DNA from: a virus
Length of the DNA: 64,000 bases
Strand: one strand, 5' to 3'
IMG/VR virus record: IMGVR_UViG_3300045131_002362
Location: 22,709-86,708 of that record
The notes beneath the pieces were generated by a model, which saw only the letters and a program-made list of their open reading frames with translations, was not told where the DNA came from and ran no database searches. Below, piece after piece: positions 28,094 through 40,347 of the stretch (the first letter of the stretch is position 1; each line of letters opens with the position of its first letter). The position numbers and the translations under genes are program-made.

Positions 28094-28723
28094 TCAGTGT
28101 CGATCGAAGTACACCGACTTGCCGGGTTTGATTTTCCAGCACAGGCCGCACGTTGAGCAGCCGCCGTCGCAATGCACGGCACTCTTCGGGATTCGCGTGT
28201 CGATGTTGCGCGGATCTTTCATCCACGCAACAGGAAAGTGATTCTGCACGACGCCTGGCATCGCGAGCCCCGGCCACGCCGACGCGACGATGCTCATGTT
28301 CTTCGGACGAGGGATACGAAAGCCAACAAAGTTATCGAGCAGCTCGTACTTCTTTGTGAAGACGAGGTGCTTCGTGTCCGGTGTCCGAGCCGCGATATTG
28401 GCGATTTGCCACAGATAAGGCTGGTCTGGGATGTCACCCGCAACATGCCAGCGGAACATGGCCGGCTTGCGAGAGCCGACGACTTCGCATATGCTCTCCA
28501 TGTAGACCACGCGCTCGGTCATGGCAAGCTCCCAGTTGGCTTCCCAAGCGTCTCGGCAGCCCTTGCGCAGGTTGTACAGTCTTACACCGTAACATCCGGC
28601 CTTGTAGCACGGCAAGTTCGGATCGCATGTCCTGCGCGGAGGCAGGCTCACGTTGAACACCTTGCCGAGCTTGTTGTTGCCGCGCATGATCGTAAGCTTG
28701 CCGATCTTGATAGAATGCCCCAT
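28094..28723 (-). CDS. GP88-family Cys-rich protein
   Basis: NNKLG...SLPP..TC....C...CY, FRWHVAGD, FTK, terminal C...C..C..C; start moved to ATG 28723 after AAGGAG. Confidence 0.7.
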   Translation of the reverse strand: MGHSIKIGKLTIMRGNNKLGKVFNVSLPPRRTCDPNLPCYKAGCYGVRLYNLRKGCRDAWEANWELAMTERVVYMESICEVVGSRKPAMFRWHVAGDIPDQPYLWQIANIAARTPDTKHLVFTKKYELLDNFVGFRIPRPKNMSIVASAWPGLAMPGVVQNHFPVAWMKDPRNIDTRIPKSAVHCDGGCSTCGLCWKIKPGKSVYFDRH

Positions 28724-28734
28724 AGCGTCTCCTT

Positions 28735-29661
28735 TTACAGCGTTTCCACAACTGCCGCGTGTCTGTGATTTTCGATCATCTGCTTCAGACTCAGCTCCCG
28801 GTGCGGAGGCTTGAACGTGAACCCGTTTGTGAACTTCTGGCATTTCGGATTTAGCGGCATGTCGTCCGTCGGCATCACGTACGGAAGATCCTGCTTCAGA
28901 ATAAACTCCGTGATGCTTCCGGGCCTGCCGTCGCTCTTTCGCGGCTTGCGCCAAAGGCCGTGTACCTCGCGGTTGAACGGCTCGCCGGTACACTCGACAC
29001 GCATGATCATGCCGCGCTCCTCCGGCGTCAGCTCGTGAAGCACCTCTTCCGGTTTCTGGTTCGGGCAGAACACGCAGGACGATTTCGGCGGCACCGGCAG
29101 CCCGGCCTCGCGGATCATCTCCTTGCAGATCTCCCGTGTCCAGCCCCAGTCCATGAGCGGGTGCATGTAGTCGAACTTCTTGTCCGGCGCCGTGTGCGCC
29201 TTGTCTGATGCGCGGTTGCGGCGGTAGTCCTCCGTCGCGTCGAAGCCGATCAGCTTCGCGATCTTGCGGCCGGCCGCCCACTCTGATTTGCACGCCGGAT
29301 CTCTGTCCGTCCATTTGTTCTGCGGCACGATCTTCCATTTGATCGTACACGACGCGCGGCCGAACGTAGCGCCGGGCAGCGTGGCGTTCATCACCATGTT
29401 GCCCTCGATCGTCGTGTACGGGCTCTTCGGAGCCGGATTGCGCACTACGGTCACGGGCGGGAAGCCAACTCTGGCGAGCCACTCCTGGATCACCGGAAGA
29501 TAGGCGTACGTCGCCGCCTTCTCGCTGCCCACGTCCGCCCATAGGATGAACGCGGGGCGCAGCCGCATCGCTTCCAGGCCCACCAGCATGGCCGTGCTGT
29601 CGACGCCGAGCCCGTAGGCCACTCCGACAAGGCCGTTATCGAATCGCTCTTTGAGATTCAT
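28735..29661 (-). CDS. PAPS-reductase (adenine nucleotide alpha-hydrolase) family protein
   Basis: PP-loop AYGLGVDST, ADVGSE, CTIKWK, IGFDATE, HPL..WGW, KSSCVFCP. Confidence 0.85.
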   Translation of the reverse strand: MNLKERFDNGLVGVAYGLGVDSTAMLVGLEAMRLRPAFILWADVGSEKAATYAYLPVIQEWLARVGFPPVTVVRNPAPKSPYTTIEGNMVMNATLPGATFGRASCTIKWKIVPQNKWTDRDPACKSEWAAGRKIAKLIGFDATEDYRRNRASDKAHTAPDKKFDYMHPLMDWGWTREICKEMIREAGLPVPPKSSCVFCPNQKPEEVLHELTPEERGMIMRVECTGEPFNREVHGLWRKPRKSDGRPGSITEFILKQDLPYVMPTDDMPLNPKCQKFTNGFTFKPPHRELSLKQMIENHRHAAVVETL

Positions 29662-31728
29662 GATTTACCTTTTCTTCTTCTTTTCAGGCGCGACCTGGTA
29701 GCCGACGTGATCGAAGGCACATTTGCAGTTAGGACAGGTCGGGCAAAATTTCCACGTAATCTCGGTCGTGATGCGCTCCAAACATTGGTAGCAGCGCCAC
29801 ACGTTCCGCAATCGACCCACAACCGGCTTCCAACGGCCACCTGCGTTTTGGTACATCTCAGCCATGCAGTTTTCGTAGCGCAGTGTGTGGCGGTCAATCA
29901 GCATGGCACGGACAAACTGCGCTTTCGGATGAGCCAACGCCGCCGCAGCCTCAGCCTCTTCTTTGCTGTTGGCCTTCGCGATGTAGTGCCAGTATCTACC
30001 CGACTTGCTTCTTCCTTTGATTCTGTAGGTGCTCATTCTTGACCTCCACACATTCCATGCTGAAACTACAATTACACCGTTCACACTGCGGCACGCCGTA
30101 GACGTGCGTCTCGACAGGCTGCGTCATGCGCAAGCCGCACCCGAAGCAGTGCCACACTGCGCGGGTCGAACACGGCTCCAGCCGCGTCCACTGCGGACCA
30201 GCCGCGTCGCCGTTTGCATAGAGGGTGGCGGCCGGGTTTCGCAGCATCGTGTTACGGATCAGTTGTTGCTCTGTGTTCATGCCCGCACCCCTTTTCCGTC
30301 GTGTCCGGGAAGACGGACGTAAACGTCGCCCTGCCGCTCGTAGCCGACCTGCTCTGAGTTTGGACCTGTCGTTCCGGAGAGCGCGTCGAAGGTCTCGGCG
30401 AGGATGGGATAGCCAGCGAGCGCCGCCGCCCACATCTCCACGCTCTGCCACTGCGCCGACAGGATCTGCGTGTCCACCGTGTCCGGCAGCCCCTCCAGAG
30501 CGATGCGCCGCTTGTGGTACTCGTCGACTGTCTGCATCTCCGGCATCTTCGTCTTGTCGCTCACGACCCGCCTCCCTTCCGCTTCTGGCGCCACAGGATC
30601 GTGAGCGCCTCCGTCTTGATCGTCTCGGCCAGGTTGGCGAGCGCCTCGCGGACAACGCTGGCCGGCACGACAGTCGCGCAGCCACCGAGCGTGACGCCCT
30701 CGGTCTTCATGAGGCCGTCCAGCGGCTTGTCCCAGCCCTCTGCCTTGCGCTTGGCCCAGCGGTACGCTGCATGCGCGTCAGTGCATGTCCGGCAGCGGCA
30801 GCCACCGCAGTAACCGGCCCTTCCGTGTTTCTTCGTCATTCCGTCACAACTCCTTCCCCGTCCTTAACAGTGATCTCCATGATGTACTTGCCGCCGCGCT
30901 TGCGTCTCTTCATTCTGCCCTCGCAGAACGCTGCAAAAAGCCTGTCGCGCTCGCTCGCCTCTGCCGCCCGCGCCGTCTTGTACGCCGTCTCCCAAAGGTT
31001 GTGGGCGTAGTCCCAGCGGTCGGCCTCGGGTGTGATACCGGCGATGAGACGCAGCAGCCCTGTCTCGTGACGGCGCTCCTTGTCCACATCCACCATCCAG
31101 CCCTCGCCGCCGCCGTTCCACCAGCGCAGGGCGATCTGTTTGTCCCAGCCCTCGCCCTTCTCGAAGATGTCGTACCGGTAGCTGTCGCCGCTCCACAGCC
31201 CTACAGCGCTCTGGCGGGCCTCGCCGAACCGGCACGGGCAGATTTGCCGCCAGTCGGCAGTCATAATGTCGAACTGCGTCAGCCTGTTGTCATAGGCCGG
31301 CGTCAGAAACCTTCCGCGCTCGACCGGCTTCATCGGCGGAATATCCGTCTGTGTCCAATGGCTCATGTTTCCTCCTTCACGCATTCCTCACCGGCTGCGA
31401 CGAGCTGGTCCTGCTCGGCACGCATCGCCAACCACTTCGCCTTGTAAGCCGCGACCGTCAGCCGCACGACCTGCTTCGGGTCCGGCGAACAGAATGTCTT
31501 GTCCGGCGCGAGCGATGCAGCCATCCCGCACTCGCCGATCATGCAGAACCACGTCCCGTCTCGGCGCGAGGAGGGATACACATGGATCAGCCCCTTCCAA
31601 TGCGCCTCGAAATGCCAGCCCATGTTCTGCCACACACGCGACTGCCAGCCCTCGCCGAGCCACACGCACAGGCGCTCGGCCTTCGCAGTCACGCGGTCTT
31701 TCTCGTCATAGATCTTCTGCATAGCCGT

Positions 31729-32205
31729 CTACCTTTCGGCGCGCCAGTCGCGCCTGGCCGTCGCCATGATTTTCGCTCCCGGTATATCCTGCCTGTCGCA
31801 GAAGTGCAGCAGGTCGGCCATGAGGTCGCGCACCGCGTCCTCGTCGATCGTGCGGGACTCGCCAGTCGAGATAAGGAATCTGTCGAGTGCTTTCTCGGCG
31901 TGCTTCGCCCGATCGCCGTTCGTCGGCGAATCGGGATCGTCATCGTCACGCTTGTCCGCCTTGAAGCGCGTCTTCTTCTGCTTGTGCTGCTTATCAAAAA
32001 CGAACTGGTCGTCCCGCTCGTGCCCACCCAGGACCAGCACCGTGCGGACGTAACCGACGAACACCTCGCTGTCCATCAGCATCTGCGCCGCGCGCTGCTT
32101 CGCCTCCTTCAGCGTGTCGACATCCCGCGACACCTCGTAGCCGCGAGTCCCAACCGCGTCCATGTCCAGATAGCCCTCGACCCTGTACTTGCTGTGCTCT
32201 TTCAT
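31729..32205 (-). CDS. two-domain hypothetical protein; C-terminal half paralogous to 25125-25367
   Basis: DLMADLLHFCDR motif shared with the paralog. Confidence 0.7.
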   Translation of the reverse strand: MKEHSKYRVEGYLDMDAVGTRGYEVSRDVDTLKEAKQRAAQMLMDSEVFVGYVRTVLVLGGHERDDQFVFDKQHKQKKTRFKADKRDDDDPDSPTNGDRAKHAEKALDRFLISTGESRTIDEDAVRDLMADLLHFCDRQDIPGAKIMATARRDWRAER

Positions 32206-34236
32206 GTCGTCTCCTCGCCCGCAGGCTCAGACCACGTTCTCACGGGGAAGATCCTGCGCTCGCCACCGAAACCCTCGCGCTCCAGCAGGCGGCACACGCA
32301 GTCCGCCTGCTCCTTCGTGTAGTGCCCGTCCTCGGTCACGTTCGGCCGCTGGCCGTTGCTCACGAGCCCTTCCGGCCATTCAGCACAAGATGTCCACGGC
32401 TTCATCACGCCTCCTTTTTGATCGATTGCAGACTCATCGTGAAGGCGGCGCGGGCATGTGGCTCGTGCCGCAGGGCGGCCTGATACGCGAAGTACACCGC
32501 TTCGTCGTCGCTGTCGAAGATGTCTGACTCGTCCAGCCGCAGGATCTCGCAGCGCGTCCCGTCCGTCGTGAACAGCGACCAGCCCTCGCTCTTCGCTTTC
32601 TTGTCGAAAGAGTCGGACCAGCGCAGATCCGGATCGCGTTTCTTCTTGCCGTGCTCCTTCATCAGTACGCCCTCCCTACGCTGTACGAGAACCCGTGTCT
32701 CGGATAACGATTGTTCTGCCACATGAACTTGCCGCCGTGCAGGCGGAAGCACCAGTCGCCGGCCGAGGATGTCCAGTCCTCCACTTCCAGCTTGCTGTAG
32801 CCCAGCCGACGCGCCACGGCCCTGTACGAGCCGCTGCCGGCGTTAGGAGCCTCGACGACTTCGCCCTCGCGCACCAAGCGCCGGGCCTGCGTGTCGCTGA
32901 TCTTCTCACCTCGCCCGTCGTAGAACTGCCCGCCGTCGGCGACCCGCTCGCGGATTCCCGTCGCCATCTCAGCAATTATGTCTGCCATACCCGCTCCTCA
33001 GTTTTCTCGCACTCTTTCGCCAGATGCCGCTTCGACAGCCAGGGCATGCGCTCGGCCGCCGCAGCGACACACTCTTTCTTTGTCACGGCGCGCACCTCTC
33101 CGCACTGACCGCCCCACCGTGTGTTGAGTCGAATCAACCAGACGGCCATCAGCCTCCTCCCCACAGCGCGAAGCCATCGGGTTTCGAGATCGCCTGCGGC
33201 TTTTGCGCCAATTCGCTCTTCATGCTAAGCATGTCGTACTTTGTAAGGATGATCTTTCGTGCCTCATGCACCGTGTGCGCCATAGCGAACATGATGCCCG
33301 GCGTGTAATCCCTCAGCACGTTTTCCCAAACGTACAGCTTCAGTTTCCTTTCCGCCATATCACACCTCCTCGTTGTAGATCTTCTCCAGCTCGTCACCGT
33401 AACGCTTGCGCAGCGCCGCTCCGGTCTCTGCGCTGTACACAACAGCCATGGCCTTGTACTCGCCCGGCTTCTGCCCCTTCAGCCGGTAGCAGGTGCTCTT
33501 CTTGCACCTGCGGCGCATGACGAGGGTGAACTCGTGATTGTCGATCAGCTCGGCGACGAACATGTCCGGAGTGAGCCTATGCTCCTCACCGAGGATCGTC
33601 ATGGTGCGGCCCAGGATGTGACCGCGCAGCGCCGCCTCACCGGGGAACACACTTGCGAGTCGCTGCGCCTCGTGCGGATAATCGCTAACGTCGATCGTCT
33701 CGCGCCCGCTCTTGTCGTACCAGTCGAAGCGATGGCAGTCGCCGTCGGCGTTGTTGAGGACGAACGCGACGGGCACTCCGTCGCGCACCAGCTCCGCGTT
33801 GAAGCCGTGGCCCTCCCGACCCATGAACTTTTTGACTTTGCGCACAGTGTATCCGCTCATCTCACACCTCCTTCATGATTCTGTCGAAGCAGGCCGCGAG
33901 CCCGCACTCGGTCTTCGTGCCCCATGCCGTTTCCCGGCGATCTTTGTGTTCATGGTCATGCTTGAGACTGCACCACACCAGCTCGACCATCTTTAGTGCT
34001 GCGGCGCTATGCTCGTTCAGGGCGCACTTAGGGCAGAACGAGGGTTTGTCCGGTTTCGCAGCGTCAACGAACGCTTGCATCCAAGGCGCGTCCACATCGA
34101 ACTTTTCGCCGTTGTCGAACTCGGCGAACAGGCCGCCGGCATCGGGCCTCGCATAGACCGTAACCTTCGCGCCGTACAGCCGGCTGTTGATGCCGCGATA
34201 ATATCCCGTCTTCATGACTGTCATGGCCGTTCTCCT

Positions 34237-34674
34237 TTAAGCCGGAACCGCGAAGTAGCGGTCGCGGTATTCCTTGATTGCTTCCGGAATAATGCCGATG
34301 TCGATCTTGCCCGACTCGTTGACCTCCAGCATGTTCGCCAGCTCCTCGAAGCGGCGATGTCCCGCCCACGTCTGGATCACGTCCTGAAGATCCGAAAGCG
34401 CGTCATCGCACTCGTCGAAGAATCCGACTCCGTGCCCGCTCAGGCTGAAGTAGCAGTTTCCGCCGAACGAGCGCTCCAGACGGTCAAACGACGCCATGTC
34501 GAAGCCCGTCTTCTCCAGATGCGCCCGGAAGCCGGCGCAGAACGCCTCGGCTCCGGTGATCATCTCCGGTGCGAACTGGTGAATCGTCATGCCCTCGAAC
34601 GGGCGCGTTTCGCCGCCGGGATCATCCGCGACCCACAGCAGCGTCTCCAGAAAGTTCTCTGTGTCCTTATTCAT
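34237..34674 (-). CDS. acidic hypothetical phage protein
   Basis: FLETLLW...GGNCYFSLSGHGVGFFD; GGAGG RBS. Confidence 0.65.
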   Translation of the reverse strand: MNKDTENFLETLLWVADDPGGETRPFEGMTIHQFAPEMITGAEAFCAGFRAHLEKTGFDMASFDRLERSFGGNCYFSLSGHGVGFFDECDDALSDLQDVIQTWAGHRRFEELANMLEVNESGKIDIGIIPEAIKEYRDRYFAVPA

Positions 34675-37631
34675 GCTTCCTCCTACAGTTTGCTGTCGAT
34701 GCTGTCCAGATCGCCGTTACAGATCGCCTCGATCAGCGGAATGACCCAGCTTTTCGTGTAGCGCTCCGTCGCCACCCTTATCTTCTCGGTGTCCTCTGAA
34801 CAGGGCATCGATTCGTCTCCCTTCAGAGAAAATCCGGCGTTCTTAAACAGAACAAGCTCGGTAAGCTTGCGCTTCGCCCGCGCCAGCGTCGCCGCCTCGC
34901 GCTTTCCTTGCACTCTCATGCTTCCTCCGTTCCCTGCTCGATGGTTTTGCCGCAATGGGCGCACGGCTTTGGCAGCTCCGGGTGGCCCGGATACATGAAG
35001 CCGCGAGACATCGGCCCGCCGCCTTTGCCGAACGACGCCGTGTACGCCTTCGCGCACCTCTTATGGACGAACGCGTCGGCGAACCGCTCGAAGCACATCC
35101 GCACCGCGATGATGGTTTTCATACTTGTTCCTTACACATTTTTGAGGCGCTCGTGCGCCGACCGGATCATGTCGTGCGCAACGTTACAGGCGTCCAGCAG
35201 AGCAATCTTGCGACGCTCGGCCTCCGCGACGAGATCGGCGGCGATCTTCTTCGCGGCCTGAAGCGCGTCGCACGCTTGCTTGTCCATCCGTTCCGCACTC
35301 GCCTTTGCGTCGGCGATGATCTGCGTCCGGATGGCCTCCGCTTCGCGGTAGTTCTTGGCGTAGCACTCGGCGGGAACGTCATCCATGATGGCGCGCTCCA
35401 GCGCCGGCAGCTCCGCAGTCAGCCACTCGCCGCAGTAGCTCATGTTGCGGTCGCCCAGCCTTGCCACGAACTTCCGCAGCATCGCAATCTCTTCCTGCTT
35501 GCTCCAGCTCATACGACCTCCCTAAAGGTTGTTGACGATTACGGTGTTCCGATAGTCCTTGTTGCGTTTGCCGTGCGGATGCCGGCGAAGCTCAGTTCCC
35601 CAAGCCGCGCTCTTCGCCTTACCCGAAAAGAGGCAGCGCAGCTCGTGCCCGTCCCACGACTCCGGCACCTTGCCGGCCGCGATGCTCATCACGATATCGG
35701 CCGCGATGTTGTCCGACAGCTCGCGCACAAAGTGCATCTGGTCTTGTGTGGTCATTTGCTCACCTCGATCTCTTCAACTTTGGCCGACCACGATTCGACC
35801 CATGCCGCCGTTGTCCCGGACAGCATACCCTCATCAGCGAGATGGTCTGCCGCTTCCAGCAGCAGCGGATGCAGATCCTGCACCAAAGCGCCGCCCGAAT
35901 ATTCCACATCGATCGTCAGTCGCAGTTTCATGACGCTCCTTTCGCCTTCTTGACAGCGATGCGTGCTAGTTCGGCCCCCTTGTCCATCGTTTCCAGATCG
36001 TCGGGGTCGAACTCGTAGAGCCAGAGGATCTCTTCCAGCGCCGCCAACATATCGGGTGCGGCGCGGATCAGCTCCGCGTTTCCTTCGATATCACAAGGCC
36101 CGATTCTCGCAACGTGCGATTCGTCTTTAACCGAAACAATGTGCGTGGTCGTTACGAACTCGCCTGGCGTCGTCCTTTTCTGGATCTTCCAAGGTCCGGC
36201 TGTGTGATTCACTTCGCCCCCTTTGCGCGCTTCTCGACCGCCGCGACGGCTTTGTTGTAGAACCTGGCGAAGCGGCGGGCCTGCGCCAAGCCAACAACCC
36301 TGCCGGTCTTGAGGTGGAAGTCAATTGCAATTGTCCCGTCAACGCAGCCCGCCACAGCATCTCTGAAGCGGTTGCTGCAAGTCGCGACCATTCCGGGACA
36401 ATACTCGGCACCGCTCTCGTAGTGACCATAGCAGGGCAGCCCGAGGGCCGCAATGTTGCCAAGCTCTTCGCTTCCGCCGCCGTCAACCCCGTTGAAGCTG
36501 CCGTTCACGATGCAGTTCTCAACGGTCTCATCTTCCGGCTGTCCCAAATCAACCTCGATCGCCTCGCGGTCGCACTCGGCGTAATTCAGATGCAGCGTCG
36601 TCCTGTCGCTCATACAACCTTCTATTCTGCCGCGTCGATCGCGGCGTTCATTTCCTTCTCCAGCTTGTTGAGCGAGGCGCGGGCCTCGCTACAGCGGGAT
36701 CGAACACACTCACGCACGTCTTCGATCGCCGCTGCCTTGAGGCGCATCGCGTTGTCGCGGATGAAGAGGGCCAGCTTCTCGTGGATATGCTGCTTGATGA
36801 AGGCGCGCTCGCCCTCGGTCGGCTTCTGAAAGCCGCGAACGCGGATGGCGGGCCACTCCGTGCCGTTCTCGTAGACGATGTTCATCTCGCCCATGTCGAC
36901 GCCGCGCAACGTGAACGTGCCGGGGGCCGGGTGCGGGTCGCGCTGGTCCGGTACATAGCCAGCGTGGTCAACACGCGTGCTCTGGTCGTGGTTCTCCTTG
37001 TCGCTGCGCAGCAGGTCGCACCAGTACGTGCGGCCGATGCTCGGCTTCTCCATGTCGCACGGACGCCACTGCGGAATGAGTCCGCCATAATTGCGCCAGC
37101 GGAATCCTCCGCAGCAGCCCTCGAAGTCGGGTCTCGGCCCGATCTGCCGGACACACCAAAGCGTCTCGACAACGCAGCCTTTCTTCGTCTCGAATGCGAT
37201 TTTCAGCTTCAGCATGACACTTCCTCCTCGATGTGGTAGCTCTCGCGCTCACGGCGCGGGATTGTGTGGTCTGCCTTGCGACGCTCCTCGCAACGGCCCT
37301 CGTGTTCGTGCAACTCTCGCACACTGTTCTCTGCCGACGCTCGGGTCGCGTCGGCCTGAATCGCCAGCCCGGTCTTGTCGTTCACGACATAGAAGCGTCC
37401 AGTGAACGCCCCGCCCGGCATGTCTGGATGTCTCTTGATCATTGTGATTTCTCCACATTGTATAGCGGCTTGCCTTGGTGTTCTCCGACGACAAGCGTGT
37501 ATTCTTCTGGAATTTCTAACTTTCCGAATCTCGTCACACACAGCCCTTCGAGGCTGAAATAACCGGACATCTCTTTGTCGCGACTGATCTTGATCTTCAC
37601 TTCAGACCATCCTTTTTGATTCCACGCGGAA

Positions 37632-38921
37632 TCAGTTGCCGTTCTTGTCGGTGAATTTCACGATCATCGTTGCGACATCGGTGCCGGAAGATTTGAAAGC
37701 GCCCGAGTCGACATCTTCGATCTCCACACTGTAACCGTCCGCGAGTTCGGAAAAGCATCGACGGTCACGATTGGGCCACATGATCGCGACCAGGATTCCT
37801 CCGGGCCTGAGAAAGCGCAGCGCGTGCTTCACGTGCCGGCAGTCTTGATTTTTGGAGAACGGAGGGTTCATCACGATTCTGTCGAACGTGCCGAGATCCG
37901 CAACCGTCATGTCAAGAAAGTCACCGGAAAACACGGAAAACTTTGTGTTGTCGATCTTCGCGGCCTCTCGGTCCGACAGCTCGACGCCGGTGGCCTCGCA
38001 GCCTTCTGGCAGCGCCCTCAGAAGCGCCCCGTCACCTGCGCTCGGCTCCAGTACACGATTGCCGATCGCAATCTCGGCAAGTTCCACGACATGCGCGGCG
38101 AGCTGGTCCGGCGTATAAAACGCCTGACGGTCTTTCTTCTCGTTTTCGAGATCCCCGGTCTCGATGTAGGCTGCCAACTTTTCGCGTGGATCGTCGGCGA
38201 ACTTGAAACACTGCCCCGACGTGTTCCACTTCCCACCCAAAACGGTCATGACGGCCTTGACCTTTTCGTACAGATCCCTTGCGAGCTGCTTTTTCGGCAG
38301 TCGGACAAAGGTTTCCGCGATCTCGCACTGGGAGACGGCTGTCCGCACAGGGTCGTCCAAAAGGGCAGGAGGCGGGGTTTGTTTCTGACGCTTCACGGTT
38401 TCCTCTTTCTTTTTCGGGATTGTCTCTGCGTCGATCCTCGCGAGATAGCGCGACGCGAGTATCTGGTTTGAGACCACATACACGTCGGCCTTCTTCGTTT
38501 CGTGAACAACGACCTTGAAATACACCTTGTCGTTGCTCACGACCAGCATGTTCTCCTCGCAAGCCTTCAGCACTGCTGCGCTCGGGACGACTCGAAATGA
38601 ACCGCACGGATAGTCGATCGTGACGAAATCCGAAACGATGAGCGAGCCGGCCTTGCTGTCGCCGTTGCCCGGCTTGAAAATGTCTTCCCATTTTTCAGGC
38701 CCGGGGAGAAGCGGCTCGCACAGATGGCCATAGTGGAACTTGGCCGACGGAGTGTGCAGCTTGGAAAGCAGCAGCTCCCTTCTTTCTGCGGGCGTCTCGA
38801 AGATATCGCCGTCTTCGCATTCCGTCCAGAGATCGCCCATGTCCTGTTCAAAAATCTTTGCGCGCTGGCCACGGTATGGTGCGCCGATGTTCACGAAGAT
38901 GCCTTCTTTGATGAGCTTCAT
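37632..38921 (-). CDS. amino (N6-adenine type) DNA methyltransferase with an extra N-terminal domain
   Basis: QAFYTP, VLEPSAGDG, GDFL, IVMNPPF, GGILVAIM. Confidence 0.88.
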   Translation of the reverse strand: MKLIKEGIFVNIGAPYRGQRAKIFEQDMGDLWTECEDGDIFETPAERRELLLSKLHTPSAKFHYGHLCEPLLPGPEKWEDIFKPGNGDSKAGSLIVSDFVTIDYPCGSFRVVPSAAVLKACEENMLVVSNDKVYFKVVVHETKKADVYVVSNQILASRYLARIDAETIPKKKEETVKRQKQTPPPALLDDPVRTAVSQCEIAETFVRLPKKQLARDLYEKVKAVMTVLGGKWNTSGQCFKFADDPREKLAAYIETGDLENEKKDRQAFYTPDQLAAHVVELAEIAIGNRVLEPSAGDGALLRALPEGCEATGVELSDREAAKIDNTKFSVFSGDFLDMTVADLGTFDRIVMNPPFSKNQDCRHVKHALRFLRPGGILVAIMWPNRDRRCFSELADGYSVEIEDVDSGAFKSSGTDVATMIVKFTDKNGN

Positions 38922-39900
38922 TCGTCGCCTTCGCTTTCAAAATCGGGCATCACAATCCCGCTTCCGGCCGGATCTTTTCTAAGTTCCAAGCCGCCCATGT
39001 CACAGTTCTGAATCTTCAGGGCGCATCCGCGCCCGTCCCAGTTGAAGATGGGCTCGGGCTTGCCGTCACCAATGATGCGCCGCATCTCACGCAGGATGGC
39101 CACAGACTCGCGCTTTACGCGCGCCGTCTTGACCTCGCCGTTGCACCAACCGACAGACAAGGCGCGCGCCCTGCGCTCCAGGCGCAGCAGCTTGCGACAC
39201 AGGCGCAGCGGATCGCGCTCTCGGCAGTTGGGCCAGATCGCGAGCAGATCACGTCCATGTCGCTCGATCTGCGCATTCATCTTCTCACGCTGTTTCGCGT
39301 TCACGTTTCCTCCTTTGCCTCTTCATTCACCTCTTTCAGGAATATGGATACAGCCGTCCGTTTGTTGTAGCCCAAGTACTTCCTGCGAAAGATTGCGTCG
39401 CCGATCTGCGCCTCGATAACAAGCCATCCGCTCGGCGGCGTCTTGATCGCAATGTCCTTTCGCGTAACCCTCATTTACGCACCTCCTTCACTTTCGGGCG
39501 CTCAATTACGCCGGCAAGATACAGCGCCTCCTCGTCAAAAGGCTGTGAGAGGTCGCGCCGCATAGCATCGAGCATGTCTACGCTCCAGTCTCTAACATTG
39601 TCGTACTTGTGACGCTGCGCCCTCATATGCGCGACCCGCTGTTCGGTCGTCATAATCACTTGCGAACCTCCTCATAGGCCGATACGGCCATTTCCAGTTC
39701 GCGAACGGCAGTCGACAGACGACAGGTAGGCCAGTCGCGAACGACATTCTTCGCCGCTCGGACAAGGATCTCCTCGGTTGACTTGCGTACGTTCTCGCGT
39801 CCACGTTTGGACTTTCGCAGCGCAGCCTTCTTCTCCTGCGCCCAATGGTACGTCGCCTGGTCTTCTTTGGACATCGTATCCAGAACACATTTCGGAATGC

Positions 39901-40347
39901 TCATTTCGCCTCCTCGATGAGTTCGCCGTAGTAGTGGCCCGGTCGCAGGTTCCAAACGTCCAGATAGTCGTTCACGACGAGCTTGCGGCAGTCCTCCGGA
40001 AGATCCTCGAAGCGGATGCGCTTCCCGAGATGGCACTTGCGGCCGATCGCCGGGGGCCAGTGCCACCCAGGTTTCTCGCCCATCGTGTCGCATGGCTGGA
40101 TCTTCGTACTGCCCCACATGCCGACGCCCTGCGGATGGAAGGGCTCTCCGCTCATGGCGCGATACGGGTACTCGCCGCCGCACGCCTTGACGCACGCAGC
40201 CCCGCTGAACACGACGGTGTAGCGGTCGGTGCTTCCACCAGTGTCGGGGTCTCCACCGTTATCGTAGCAGCGAATCCAACGCGGGATTCCGTTCGGCATC
40301 AGCGACACGAGGCGCTTGGCCAGCATCGCGGGACTTTGCTTCTTCAT
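39901..40347 (-). CDS. conserved-type hypothetical phage protein
   Basis: IRCYDNGG...DRYTVVF...HLGKRIRFEDLP. Confidence 0.7.
   Translation of the reverse strand: MKKQSPAMLAKRLVSLMPNGIPRWIRCYDNGGDPDTGGSTDRYTVVFSGAACVKACGGEYPYRAMSGEPFHPQGVGMWGSTKIQPCDTMGEKPGWHWPPAIGRKCHLGKRIRFEDLPEDCRKLVVNDYLDVWNLRPGHYYGELIEEAK

Noticed and set aside
28724-29542. N-terminal ~270 aa of the 482-aa ORF 28094-29542
   Set aside because: This is an alternate frame over the PAPS-reductase gene; the real GP88 start with RBS is at 28723.
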